Shown here: in pieces, positions 34,932 through 45,522 of the stretch
Layout of the letters: each line of letters opens with the position of its first letter
Numbering within the stretch: position 1 is the first letter of the stretch
DNA from: an uncultured Chloroflexia bacterium
GTDB lineage: Bacteria; Chloroflexota; Chloroflexia; Thermomicrobiales; UBA6265
DNA: 64,000 bases
Direction: 5' to 3'
NCBI GenBank assembly: GCA_963724295.1
Contig: CAVRUC010000013.1
Location: 480,001 to 544,000, forward strand
The notes under the pieces: generated by a model
Seen by the model: only the letters and a program-made list of their open reading frames with translations
What the model was told of the DNA's origin: nothing
Databases searched by the model: none
Made by a program: the position numbers and the translations under genes

Positions 34932-35377
34932 CTGTCACCCCAGGAGGAGAGTAGCCCGGAAACGATCCATCAGTCGGACTTCCGGCGAATACAGTCCACG
35001 ACCCTGGATCCGGTCACGCAGGGCGCGTGCCGCGACGGTTTCGGAGGGACACTCCGAACCTCCGCGACGGCTCCGATGGTCCGAGTCACGACTCAACAAA
35101 GGCGAGCAAAGTGGTTGTGGTGCTGTCGGAGACGAGTGTGCGCCGATCAAGTCATTAATGATCTAGGGAAGGCAGCATTAATGCACCGCGTGTTCCGAAA
35201 TAGAAGCCAGTTGCGATATAGCCCTATGTTGAACTCAAAGGGTCTATTCTGATTCGACATATCAGGACTGACAGTGCTACGAGCTCTTGACCTATGTTCT
35301 CTTTGTCCATGTGTTTTCTGCTAGGATCACTGCATAGGTTTGCCATCGCGCGACAATGCGGCAACAAGGAGACGATC

Positions 35378-35773
35378 ATGCCCGTCAAGATAGGCACATT
35401 TGGACCGCTGTCCGAGGCCGAATTCACCGAGTTGCAGCAACGAAAAGCTCGCAAGGGGGACCCGGCCATGACCGCCCTCCTCGACGAGATCGCCACTGGC
35501 CAACCAGTGCGCGTGCCCCTGGTGGAGGGGCAGAGCGCCCGCGGCCTGCGCACCGCCATCAGCCGGGCGGCAACCAGCCGCGGCCTCTCCGTGGAGACCG
35601 TCGAGGGGGACGGCTTCGTCGCCGCGCGAAAGGTCGACGAGCCGAGAAAGCGGAGGGGGGCTCAGGCGTCATCGCAAGAAGGGCAACGACGGCGGGGCCG
35701 TCCACCCAAGCGCCGGGACCAGGACGCGGCCGAGATCGCCTCGTTGCGGGATCTGGCCGCGGGAGAGAGCTAA
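35378..35773 (+). CDS. small basic protein with AT-hook (copy 1)
   Basis: AAGGAG SD; close paralog of 52201-52545; RRRGRPPKR. Confidence 0.8.
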   Translation: MPVKIGTFGPLSEAEFTELQQRKARKGDPAMTALLDEIATGQPVRVPLVEGQSARGLRTAISRAATSRGLSVETVEGDGFVAARKVDEPRKRRGAQASSQEGQRRRGRPPKRRDQDAAEIASLRDLAAGES

Positions 35774-36103
35774 GCACTTTCGGGCAGTTGTTGGCATGAA
35801 CTGCCTCTTCCCATAAACCCGGCCACCCAGAAGTCAGCAACACTCTGCTCCAATGTCCCCATGAAAAGGACACGCACCGTCGCTTCGCCTGTCATCCTCC
35901 GCTACGAAAGCGAGGACGAACTGGTGCGGATTGTTCCGAACTGACCACACGCCGGGTCGCGGTCTGACAGAACTTGCCACTGCGATATCGATGTTGACGT
36001 GAGAGACAATCGAGACTCGTGATCTGGCATGGAGATTGCACAGGCAGCATCATCGAGCCAAGCGCTCGCCTCGCCACCGATGTCAAGAAAAGAAGGGGAT
36101 GCA

Positions 36104-37854
36104 ATGAAGCCTCGCCTGTCCTGTTCATCGCACGTCATGACCCGCGTCATTGCAGTCCTCGCGCTGTTGGCGCTCCTCCTCCCGTCACTGTCCGCTGTCT
36201 CGGTCGCGCAGGAGCCGGCTGGCGGCAAAGTCTTACGCATTCACCAGATCTTCTGGCCAGATGTGCTCGATCCGAATAAGAGCTCCTATGCGGAGGAGAT
36301 CGCCGTCTCCTCCCTTGACTATGAAGGGCTGACCCGCTTTGACGAGGATCTCCAGACCGTGCCGGCGGCCGCTGAGTCGTGGGAGTTCAACGCCGACGGC
36401 ACCGTCCTCACTTTCCACCTGCGGGAGAACCTGACCTATAGCGATGGCTCCCCATTGACTGCTGAGCGCTTCCGATTCGCGCTTGAGCGCTCATGCGATC
36501 CGAATACCGCCGCCATCTACGCCTCGATCCTCTTTGATATCGTCGGCTGTGAGGACTTCTTTACCAGTCTCACACCACCCGAACCGTCCGAGGCTGCTGC
36601 TGCACGCCTGGAGCAGTCGAGGCTGGCTCCGCTGATGCCTACGAGGCGGCGAAGGCCGCACTTGGCGTGCGGGCCTTGGACGACCAGACTCTGGAGGTGC
36701 GCCTCACGCATCCGGCACCCTACTTCCCAACCGTGGCCGCGACCTGGGTGTTCTACCCCGTTAAGCAGGAATCGCTCGCCGCCGGTGAGAATTGGGCGCG
36801 GGACCCCACCCAGCGGATCGGCAACGGACCATTCCGTATGACTGACTTTGCCAGCGAGCAACAGATCGGCTTCGCAGCCAACGAACAATACTGGGGCGGA
36901 CGCCCCAAGCTCGACGGAATTACCTACCTCTATGTCGATGATCCGGCAGTGGCCTTGGAAGCCTATCGGGTCGGGGATCTTGATATCACGCAGCTGGGGC
37001 CGGCACAGATCACCGAGGTTGAGTCTGATCCGACCCTCAGCCAGCAGCTGCTGAAGTACCCGACGGCAGTGACGATCAATATCATGTTTGATCTGAAACA
37101 GGAGCCGTTCCAGGACCAGAAGGTGCGCGAGGCCTTCGCGTATGCCTTCGACCGGGAGACCTACTGCGCAGAGCTGCGTAGTGGTGACTGCCTGCCAACC
37201 CTGTCTTGGATTCCCCCTGGGGTCCCTGGCTACATTGAAACGGATGCGTTCGCCTTCGATCCCGACAAGGCCCGGGAGGCGCTCGCCGCGTCCTCGTATG
37301 GCGGGCCTGAGAACCTCCCTGAAGTCACCTATTTCTTCCTGGCCGACGATCCAGCAGAAGCCGACCGCGCGCAGTGGCTGGCAGAGCAGTATCGCGACGT
37401 GCTCGGAATTGATCTGTCGCTGGAGCCGGTCGATAGCACAACCCTGGCGTCGATGAGCAAGGACGCGCAGAGCTTCCCGCAGGTCTCGCTGCAAGGCTGG
37501 GCACAAGACTATCCCGACCCGCAGAACTGGCTGAGCATCTACTGGACGTGTAACGCGACCCTCTTTGCCGCGCTTGCCGGCTACTGCAACGAGGAGTTTG
37601 ACGCCCTCATCGCCCAGGCCGATCAGGAGCTGGACCCGGAAAAGCGGTTGGGCCTGTATGAGGAGGCAGGGCGGATGCTGGTGGAGGACGCCCCGGGCGT
37701 CTTCGCGTTCAATCTAGCCACCGTGGTGCTGATCAACCCGGAGGTCACCGGGTACACGGCCACGCCAAGTGATACCTTCTACCCCGGTCAGTGGGCTTCG
37801 CTCCTGACGCTTGATATGGCTGCCGATGGAGAGGCAACACCGGTCTCGGGGTAG
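36104..37854 (+). CDS. OppA-like peptide ABC transporter substrate-binding protein, frameshifted near 36603
   Basis: YEGLTRFD...PAAAESWE, YSDGSPLTA, GNGPF, VREAFAYAFDRE, GWAQDYPDP. Confidence 0.9.
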
Positions 37855-38430
37855 CGTTCGCGTGGCTACAGCCGTGCAACTATTCAACACCCGGGACGCA
37901 TGGTGACCAGGGTGATCGGATGCCTCCCTGGGCATCTACGGGACTCAATCGAATTGGTTCAACGAGGGGCGGCCATAGCCGCCCCTCTTCTCATGCTGCG
38001 ATTCGTCCCCGAGGATTGAGCCTGGAAGGCTTGCTAACCTACAGGGCACGAGCGCGTTCGACTCATCGACGGTCTCTGACATGGACAGATACCGTCGCTC
38101 CGCTCCTGTTCCTGCGTAACGACGGTGGCGAGTTCGTAGTCAAGGCTGACGATTGACCCTGGTCCGTAGCGAAGTGCGTAGTGCACTACCGACCCCGGCG
38201 AATCCGCACGAGCCAGCTGGCCGCGACTCTGGGCACGTCGTCAGTACGGGTGACGGGTCTTCGCTGCCACAATCCTGCTACGGCGCTGGTGGTGCCGCGA
38301 GGCCTGGCCCCACGTCGGCCCGCGCGACCATTCCTCCTGCTACTCCCCTGTAGTGCCAATGAAGCGAGAGAAGGGGCCGATGGCCGGGATCAAACTGACC
38401 CCTTCACCCAGGTCTGTTGCTCCCGATCCC

Positions 38431-38518
38431 ATCAATTATCAAACCGAAAAATTCGCAACAAAAAATGGAAAAAAATAACTTCCTTATACTTGCGTTAATC
38501 AATCGCATCCAGCAGACT
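38431..38518 (+). promoter_or_regulatory. A-tract-rich UP element plus promoter
   Basis: A-tracts at 38447, 38460, 38469, then TTGCGT-17 nt-CAGACT, ~100 nt upstream of ATG 38622. Confidence 0.5.
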
Positions 38519-38621
38519 GCGAGCAACCCTAGGATCAAGCGCCTTTTCGGGGATTGCCAAGTTCCCCGATTGCGACAACGGAGAGACGCTCTGAGCTCGA
38601 GGAAGCGAATAGGAGACGCCC

Positions 38622-39631
38622 ATGCGCAGCCAAATTCGATTCGTTCCGCCGTCCGCTGCTGCCTCGATTCGCATCATCGTCCTCCTTGCCTGTGTCATCG
38701 TCACGAGCTGGGTGGGGATCCGGCCGGTACCGGCTGATGCGGCGAGCACGGGCTCGGTTACGGCGCGGACCTACATCTGTCCCGACACGATTTCGTTGAT
38801 CGCGGTCCAGCATGCAACGGCTCCCGACGCCTTGCTGGCGGCTTGCAATCCCATGCGCTCGGCTTTTCGTACCCACAACTGCGCGCGGTTCCCGGCGGCA
38901 CGCCCACCGCGGGCTCCGCGTTCGCACCGGGCGTCATTCTCTGGAGCGGGCTCGCCTTCGGGACGTATGACTTCGGGGGCGGCAACGCCCCCTCCGGCTT
39001 CGGCGGCATGATCGTCACCAATGGCGCCGCCGTTCCGGTGGACGATCAAGAGAACTCGCCGGTCACCATTGACAGCTCACGGCCGCACGTCGAACGACGT
39101 TTCTACTTTTTCACACCAGCGAGCGCGGACGTGGGGTCGATCATCCTGACGCTCTATCGATGTCCAAACGCCACCCCACTGAACACGACCGCCTGCACAT
39201 TGATGACCGCTCCGCCGATCGACGTCGCCGGCATCTTCCAACCCGGCTGGACGGAGGCGAGTCTCTCCGGCTTCGTCAATGGCCAGGCATCCTGGTATGG
39301 GATTCCGTACGGGGAATACACCGTCGGCTACGGCGGTCTGGTCGACATCGGCGAGATGGCAGCCATCCCCGAGATCGGTTGCGTTGCGCCTGACGGCTGT
39401 CAGGTCACGATCGACAGCACGGCCGCGGTCGCCGATCTGGAGCTCTTCGTCTACCCCCTCCCCTCTGGCACTGGCTTCGCCGACCATGACGGTGACGGGC
39501 TGACCAATAACCAGGAATCAGTGCTGGGCACCAATCCGCTCAATCCCGACACTGACGGCGACGGGGTTTCCGATGGCGACGAGTTCGACGCCGGCTTCGA
39601 TCCACTCGATCCTTCGAAAACTCCGTCATGA
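38622..39631 (+). CDS. secreted protein with C-terminal Ca-binding DxDGDG (bacterial TSP3-like) repeats, frameshifted near 38855
   Basis: AGGAG SD, signal peptide, two Y.CP modules, [29 protein letters not shown]. Confidence 0.75.
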
Positions 39632-39644
39632 TCCCGTGACGCTG

Positions 39645-39870
39645 AACGGGCCCCGTTTCCGGCCTTATGGGCCCGCGCCCGGGAAATCGATTGAGGCGTT
39701 TTGTGTCGCCGCGGAAGAAGACGCGAAGGTTCAGGATCGCGTACCACTCCGCGGGCACGAGCCCGTCGTCCAGGTAGGGCATGAGGCCCTCATGCTCAAC
39801 GGAATGGTGTCGGTGACGATCGCCTCCCCTGGTCGGGCAGCGAATTGGCGTCGTTGACGATGGAGTACGC
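39645..39870 (-). pseudogene. decayed DUF7002-like gene fragment
   Basis: GEAIVTDTIPLS / HEGL..YLDDGLVPAEWYAILNLRVFF..KRL across a frameshift; family name from memory. Confidence 0.5.
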
Positions 39871-39883
39871 CGCATGAGCTTTG

Positions 39884-41071
39884 ATGGCCGCCTTCGTTCC
39901 ACATGAACCGAGAAGACAGCGCCAGGGAGTGGCACTCTGCCTCTCGGGAGGCGGCTTCCGGGCGGCCGTGTTTCATCTTGGCGCGCTGCGCCGCTTGAAC
40001 GAGCTGGGCATTCTTTCCCAGGTTGATCTGATTTCGTCCGTTTCCGGTGGCAGCATTTTCGCTGCCCATCTGGCTGAACGAATCCCGATCTGGCCGGAGG
40101 CTGGGGACACGATAGCGACGTGGGATGAAGCCGTGGCTGCCCCTTTCCGCTCCTTCGTGCAACGCAACCGCAGAACGGGTCCGGTGCTTCGGCGACTGAT
40201 TCCAACCAACTGGACCAGACCAGGCACGGCCATCGAGGCATTGGGAACGCTGTTTGAGCGTGAGCTGACACGCCTCCCGTTGCGCGAGCTCCCTCAGAGG
40301 CCGCGCTTCATCTTCTCGGCAACGGATATGACTTTTGGCACCAACTGGATCTTTGAGCGGGACCGGATCGGGAACTTCCAGGCGGGATACGGTTCGCCAC
40401 CTCCTTCATGGACGGTTGCTCGCGCTGTCGCTGCTTCATCCTGCTTTCCACCGGTCTTCGATCCCATGCCGTTGCACCTGGAGCCGCACCAACTGCGAGG
40501 TGGCTCTGCTCACCAGGCCAATCGCGACGAGCTTGTCGCACGCATTTCCCTGACAGATGGAGGCGTCTATGACAACCTGGGCCTGGAGCCGGTGTGGAAG
40601 ACGGCGAAGATCGTGCTGGTGTCCGACGGTGGAGCGCCTTTCGGCCATGAATCAGATCCCGGCGTCATCAGGAGACTGTTCCGGTACACGTCAATCATCG
40701 GGAATCAGGCAGCGGCGATTCGCAAACGCTGGCTGATCGCTGCCCTGGCGACCGGTCGGCTCGAAGGCGCGTACTGGGGCGTGGGCAGTGCGGCCGAACA
40801 ACAAGGTGCGTCAGAAGGCTATTCACTCGATCTCGTGACAGACGTGATTGCCAAAGTAAGAACCGACCTCGACGCCTTCTCGCCAGCGGAGATACGCGTC
40901 CTGGAAAATCATGGGTACCTCATGGCCGAGGCAACAATACGGAGACGATCCCCACACCTCATCCAACGTGATGCTCCCCCCACCGTGCCGCACCCGGACT
41001 GGATGGACGGCGAACGAGTGCGGCATGCCCTGACCGGCAGCGACAAGCGCACGTTTCTCGGTCGATGGTGA
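39884..41071 (+). CDS. patatin-like phospholipase
   Basis: LSGGGFRA, SSVSGGS nucleophile elbow, DGGVYDNLG. Confidence 0.92.
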   Translation: MAAFVPHEPRRQRQGVALCLSGGGFRAAVFHLGALRRLNELGILSQVDLISSVSGGSIFAAHLAERIPIWPEAGDTIATWDEAVAAPFRSFVQRNRRTGPVLRRLIPTNWTRPGTAIEALGTLFERELTRLPLRELPQRPRFIFSATDMTFGTNWIFERDRIGNFQAGYGSPPPSWTVARAVAASSCFPPVFDPMPLHLEPHQLRGGSAHQANRDELVARISLTDGGVYDNLGLEPVWKTAKIVLVSDGGAPFGHESDPGVIRRLFRYTSIIGNQAAAIRKRWLIAALATGRLEGAYWGVGSAAEQQGASEGYSLDLVTDVIAKVRTDLDAFSPAEIRVLENHGYLMAEATIRRRSPHLIQRDAPPTVPHPDWMDGERVRHALTGSDKRTFLGRW

Positions 41072-41111
41072 CGACATTTGATTGATCCCGGTTGGCTAGA
41101 TATGGGAACCG

Positions 41112-41232
41112 GTGTCCGACGCGGAGTTCACTGCTCCGGGCATGAGAAGGCGCGGGACGAACCAGGGCATGGCCGCCCTCCTTGTTGAGTTCGAGACCGG
41201 CCGGCCAGTACGGGTGCAATGGGTGGGTCAGG
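41112..41232 (+). pseudogene. degenerate third copy of the AT-hook protein gene
   Basis: SDAEF...MAALLVEFETGRPVRV aligns with SEAEF...MTALLDEIATGQPVRV. Confidence 0.7.
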
Positions 41233-41341
41233 CTGGATCGGAGGCGGGGTGCAGCCACTTCGCAGACCCCGGGACGATGGTTCCGTCCAGCTCCATGACG
41301 TAGAACTCACGCTCGGGCGTGAAGATATAACGACGCGCACT

Positions 41342-41388
41342 CCGCATCGTCAGCGGTGAAGCGCAGTACGCTCAGGCCGCGACCTCCC
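41342..41388. repeat. two partial copies of the 70-bp island junction repeat
   Basis: 41342-41363 identical to 48162-48183; 41371-41388 matches 48141-48158. Confidence 0.75.
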
Positions 41389-41442
41389 AACCCCTGTCAC
41401 TTGTGCAGCGGAGGGTCAGGAGCAGTGCGGTTGAAAGCGGCA

Positions 41443-42813
41443 CTACTCAGCAGGGAAATCGAAGACTTCGGTCTCAATCGCAACATCCATGAACACCTCG
41501 GTTGCCACCTCGACCTGAACGCGCCCATCATCTGGGCCAGTCAGCAAATTGTCACTTCCCGGATCAAGACCCTCGCCATCTCGGGACACAGATGCTCTAC
41601 CCACGGTGAATGAACTCCCCGTATCGTCCCCCGGTCGGTACGCAAACACTGCAGAGACCGTTGCTTCCGGATACTCCAGTAATCCTCGTCGCGCTGCGTC
41701 TGCCAGCGTCGCCGCTAGGACCTCCGGGGTTCCACTCTCGGGGATCACGATGCGCCGAACGATCCGCGTTCGGCCATTGGGCGCTTCGACGACTTCTTCT
41801 GAAGCGACTTCATAGGCCAGCGCTGGCGTTTCTTGCGTGGTGGTTGCGGCTTGCACGGGCGCGGTTGCCGTCGGATCGACCGTTGGCTCGGCGACCTCGG
41901 TCGGTTCGGCCTCCGTATTCGCCGATGCCACGCTGATGTCGGGAGTATCTTGTAAGGCCTCTCCGGTTAGGAACAGCGACACAGTGGTTTGGGCCGGGTC
42001 GTCGGCTGGACTCAGATCGACGGTCCCTCCGAGGCCAGAGGACTGCATGGGTCGCAGCCCGATGATCAACGCCCCGGTCTCGGTCAGAAATCCACCAACC
42101 TCGCCACACGCGAGTGTGTTTTCATCTGGCCCAGCAACCACGATGGCGTGATTTGTCGCCAACATGGCGTCGACTGCAACAGGAATGATCGAGAACGAGT
42201 TGGCAACCGGCAGTGATCGTGGGTGACCAAGCTTCGCCCCCGACGGTACGGTGGCCTCAGTGAGCGGAGCAATTTCGGATCCGATCTGACTGCAATCCCC
42301 GTCGTGCAGCGCCGCAGCGAATCCGTTCTGCTGTGCTGTTGACAAGAGCGACCGGATGTTTGCTGTTTCTTCGTCCTGTGTTGCCGATTGGTCGTTAGCT
42401 GCCGTCGTAGCTTCAGTCTCGGGAGCCGCCGTTGCGACTTCAATCGGCGAATCGGCTGTGACATTTACGGATGCTTGCATTTCGGGGTGGAACCCGCAGT
42501 GGTAGTCGAAGGTTCCCACCTCGTCAAAGGTATGCGTAAACTGTTCGCCGGGATCGAGACGACCAGAATCAAATGATCCATCACCAGCCGTGACGGTATG
42601 CGGGCGACTCCCTTCGTTGGTCCACGTCACGGTGGTTCCAGCTGCGATTTGAAGAGTGGTTGGATCGAAGGCGAAGTCGGTGGCGCGGACCTCGTCGGTT
42701 GGCGCTTCTTGAGCGGCGACTGCACGTGGCAGCGTAACTGTCGGCGCCATCATTAGGATCGCGACAGTGACCGCCGTCACAACTTGCATTAGCGAGGAAC
42801 GAGGGTCGGTCAT
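41443..42813 (-). CDS. secreted cupredoxin fused to LHDGxC...ACGEVGG domain
   Basis: PHTVT, YHCGFHPEM; second domain shared with 44381 and 59443 genes; AAGGAGG SD. Confidence 0.85.
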   Translation of the reverse strand: MTDPRSSLMQVVTAVTVAILMMAPTVTLPRAVAAQEAPTDEVRATDFAFDPTTLQIAAGTTVTWTNEGSRPHTVTAGDGSFDSGRLDPGEQFTHTFDEVGTFDYHCGFHPEMQASVNVTADSPIEVATAAPETEATTAANDQSATQDEETANIRSLLSTAQQNGFAAALHDGDCSQIGSEIAPLTEATVPSGAKLGHPRSLPVANSFSIIPVAVDAMLATNHAIVVAGPDENTLACGEVGGFLTETGALIIGLRPMQSSGLGGTVDLSPADDPAQTTVSLFLTGEALQDTPDISVASANTEAEPTEVAEPTVDPTATAPVQAATTTQETPALAYEVASEEVVEAPNGRTRIVRRIVIPESGTPEVLAATLADAARRGLLEYPEATVSAVFAYRPGDDTGSSFTVGRASVSRDGEGLDPGSDNLLTGPDDGRVQVEVATEVFMDVAIETEVFDFPAE

Positions 42814-43047
42814 CGGGCGGCCTCCTTCGTGCCTTTGGCAACCTCGGAGCCTGCGCAGTATCTGTGAATGAGGTGATGAGGCTATCCTGAACTTTCGTAT
42901 CGTCCCACGAATTGTCACCTATAGCCAGCACCACAACTGTCTCTGTGCCGGTCTCGATAAATGGCCCGTGCTGAGCGTCGAAGATGAAGTTCCCCGACTC
43001 GGAGGCCCGCGTGAAGGTGGCGATGATGCCCGTCAATCGCAACTTGG

Positions 43048-43203
43048 TCAGAACAAGGTCACGTCAAGCCAGCGAAGCAACGGGATGATCGCGAACCGCG
43101 TGATCAGTAGTGCGGCAACCGTAACGATGAACACTTCCCTGATTAACCGCGCCTGATCGGCGAGTGTGTCGGAACGGGGCCGGCTGATCGTCCAGATGAG
43201 CAT
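43048..43203 (-). CDS. possible 51-aa membrane peptide or gene relic
   Basis: MLIWTISRPRSDTLADQARLIREVFIVTVAALLITRFAIIPLLRWLDVTLF; directly downstream of nuclease gene. Confidence 0.3.
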   Translation of the reverse strand: MLIWTISRPRSDTLADQARLIREVFIVTVAALLITRFAIIPLLRWLDVTLF

Positions 43204-43222
43204 GGGCGAGGCAAGTTATCAG

Positions 43223-44041
43223 TCATTCGCCGCGTGAGAAGTCCGGCATCCAGAATTGCTCTCCCCAGCGGTCCCCTTGCGGAATCAGGCGCTCCTTTCG
43301 TTCGGCTCCATCCAAGATTCTCTTGATGATCGGATGAGTGGGTTTGTGCGGCGTCCGTTCCGCCAGATACATGTAGCCGATTCCGTCTGCGGGAAGCGCA
43401 TTGAACCGCGTTGTCAGCGTCACAACCATGTCCGCTGCGTGAGGGTCTACGAAGTCACCGAACATTGCTTTGGTCGACCACACCGCAGCAAGCCCTTCGA
43501 CAGACGAGTCCAAAAGGGCGCGGACGTTTCGTTCACAGCGCTGTATCCAATACGGCCAGATGACGCACTCATCCCCGAAATGCGCTTCAACAGCCTCCTT
43601 TCGCACTAACGGCGACGAAAGGGGCCGAGCGTACTGGGGGATGAAATGCGACGGTCCAACAAACTCGACTAGCACCCGGCGTCTTCCCAGTCTCACGGCG
43701 AGATCGACGCGCCTCCTGCCAAACGCAACCTGAGGTTCGACCTGCGCGTCGGGCCAGACGATTTCCACAAGTCGCTTGAGAATCAACTCGTCGAGGCTGC
43801 GCGAAGCGGTCCCTATTCGAGGGGCGTGTGGACTTTGAAGTTTGCCTGATCCCCATGCCCGGTGCATATCCAGCTCGCTGACGAACTTCTCTCCGTCGTG
43901 CTCCACGACCTTCAAGTTGCTGAGCGCGGTCTCGTGTACACCGAGGATCTCAGCCGCATCCGGGACGCTGAGACAGGACCCGCACCACTGATCAGAGTCA
44001 TGCAGGCGAAAGATTCCGTGAGACGCCCCGATCCAAGCCAT
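43223..44041 (-). CDS. HTH + Vsr/DUF559-like PD-(D/E)xK nuclease
   Basis: LSVPDAAEILGV HTH; SLDE...VEPQ....RRVDL....VLVEFVGPSHF. Confidence 0.7.
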   Translation of the reverse strand: MAWIGASHGIFRLHDSDQWCGSCLSVPDAAEILGVHETALSNLKVVEHDGEKFVSELDMHRAWGSGKLQSPHAPRIGTASRSLDELILKRLVEIVWPDAQVEPQVAFGRRRVDLAVRLGRRRVLVEFVGPSHFIPQYARPLSSPLVRKEAVEAHFGDECVIWPYWIQRCERNVRALLDSSVEGLAAVWSTKAMFGDFVDPHAADMVVTLTTRFNALPADGIGYMYLAERTPHKPTHPIIKRILDGAERKERLIPQGDRWGEQFWMPDFSRGE

Positions 44042-44380
44042 GACGGGTTCTTTTGTCCTCACGCATTGAGTCGTCGCTAGGCAGTTCCAGCCGCACCACG
44101 GTGAGGCTGCCGGTTCAGCCGTCGCGGCCCGGGTCTCTGCCCCAACTAACCATCGCCCCAATAGGCGCCCCAAGTGACCCAAGAGGCCATCGCACTGTTC
44201 GGTACCTTCATTGCTTGGGATGACCGACAGCCGAGCTAGATGTTCGGTTTTGGGTGTGCTTGACACACCGTAGCCATCGAGTTGAGATTAGTCGCCAGTG
44301 GCCGTGTGCTCTGCGATTCGCAGCTGCGAAACAGTTGCAAGTTACGCCGCGATTCGGGTCGTTGCAAAGGAGCCTAACCC

Positions 44381-45427
44381 ATGAGAACCGCTCACCGACG
44401 ATTGTTGCAGGCCGCCGCGACGGTAATGGTCGTCATGGCGCTTGGCACGTTGCCCCTCTCTAACTCGCTGTGGCTGGTGGCGGCGCAGTCCACTGACGTG
44501 GCCTCGGCTGCGCAACAAACCGGGATACCCGCTGCTCTACACGACGGGAGTTGCCCCGACACCGGCGCGGTTGTCGCCCCTCTTACGAACGCGGTCCTTC
44601 CTTCGGGATCACCTGTTGGCAACATCGATGCCCTACCCGCAGCTAACTCATTTACGACCGTTCCGCTGTCGCTCGCCACGATCCTTGCATCGGATCACGC
44701 GATTGTCATCGCAGATCCGATCGACAACGCGCCCATCGCCTGCGGTGAGATCGGCGGTTCCCTTGCTGAGGAAGAGTCGCTGGCCGTCGGACTTGCGGGC
44801 CAGCAGTCGTCCGGAGTTCATGGCATCGCGTTCCTCAGCCCCGGAAGCGATGGTGGGTCGACCGGAGTTTCGTTGTTTGTCACCGTGCCCGGCGACCTGA
44901 CACAGGCGCCCGTGCCGAGCCAACCAACACCGGTGCCAGCGGCTGAACAGACTACGGCAGACATCGCTCCCATCGAATCGGGCGGCCTCGGATTACCGAT
45001 CGAGGAGTTCTACGCACGTTATGGGGAGGCCGCCCCTGATCCGGTGATGGACGGTGAAGTTATCAGGACGGCCAATGGCCGCATCCGCGTCAGAGCTGCG
45101 GGCAACGACAAGGTGAACGCTGTCACACGCTACTTCGATGAAGGGGTGACGTTCGACGAAGCGAGGGCTACTGGGCTGGGATTCGCGCCCGCGGATTCGG
45201 TGTTGCTACAGACCTACACGACGTCCGTCGGCTCAACGGTGGATCTGTACTACAGCCCGTCGTTGGAAGCTCAGTTCTCAGAAACTCACGACGTTGACGG
45301 GATGGAGTTTCCGACTTGGGTCAACGGGGAGCCGGGGCAGTTCATCATCGGCTACGGAGGATATAACCCGGCGAATGAAGTCAACGAAGTCACACGGATC
45401 GTGATGGCTCTTGGGAACAATCCCTGA
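44381..45427 (+). CDS. secreted protein with LHDGxC...ACGEIGG domain and unknown C-terminal domain
   Basis: AAAGGAG SD; signal peptide; strong similarity to the middle of the 41443 gene. Confidence 0.8.
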   Translation: MRTAHRRLLQAAATVMVVMALGTLPLSNSLWLVAAQSTDVASAAQQTGIPAALHDGSCPDTGAVVAPLTNAVLPSGSPVGNIDALPAANSFTTVPLSLATILASDHAIVIADPIDNAPIACGEIGGSLAEEESLAVGLAGQQSSGVHGIAFLSPGSDGGSTGVSLFVTVPGDLTQAPVPSQPTPVPAAEQTTADIAPIESGGLGLPIEEFYARYGEAAPDPVMDGEVIRTANGRIRVRAAGNDKVNAVTRYFDEGVTFDEARATGLGFAPADSVLLQTYTTSVGSTVDLYYSPSLEAQFSETHDVDGMEFPTWVNGEPGQFIIGYGGYNPANEVNEVTRIVMALGNNP

Positions 45428-45522
45428 GCCTTACCGACACCCCGCGATCTCTTGGGACGCATTGGCGCTCCATGTTGCCGCCATAGGCTGAAAGAAGACC
45501 ACTCCGTGAGGCTGAGACGCCG

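Noticed and set aside
39884..41071. CBASS system
   Set aside because: No CD-NTase in the window; the ThiF relic is 36 kb away
42860..43042. Possible DNA methyltransferase relic (GPFIETGTETVVVL)
   Set aside because: No SAM-binding or NPPY motif; too short to support
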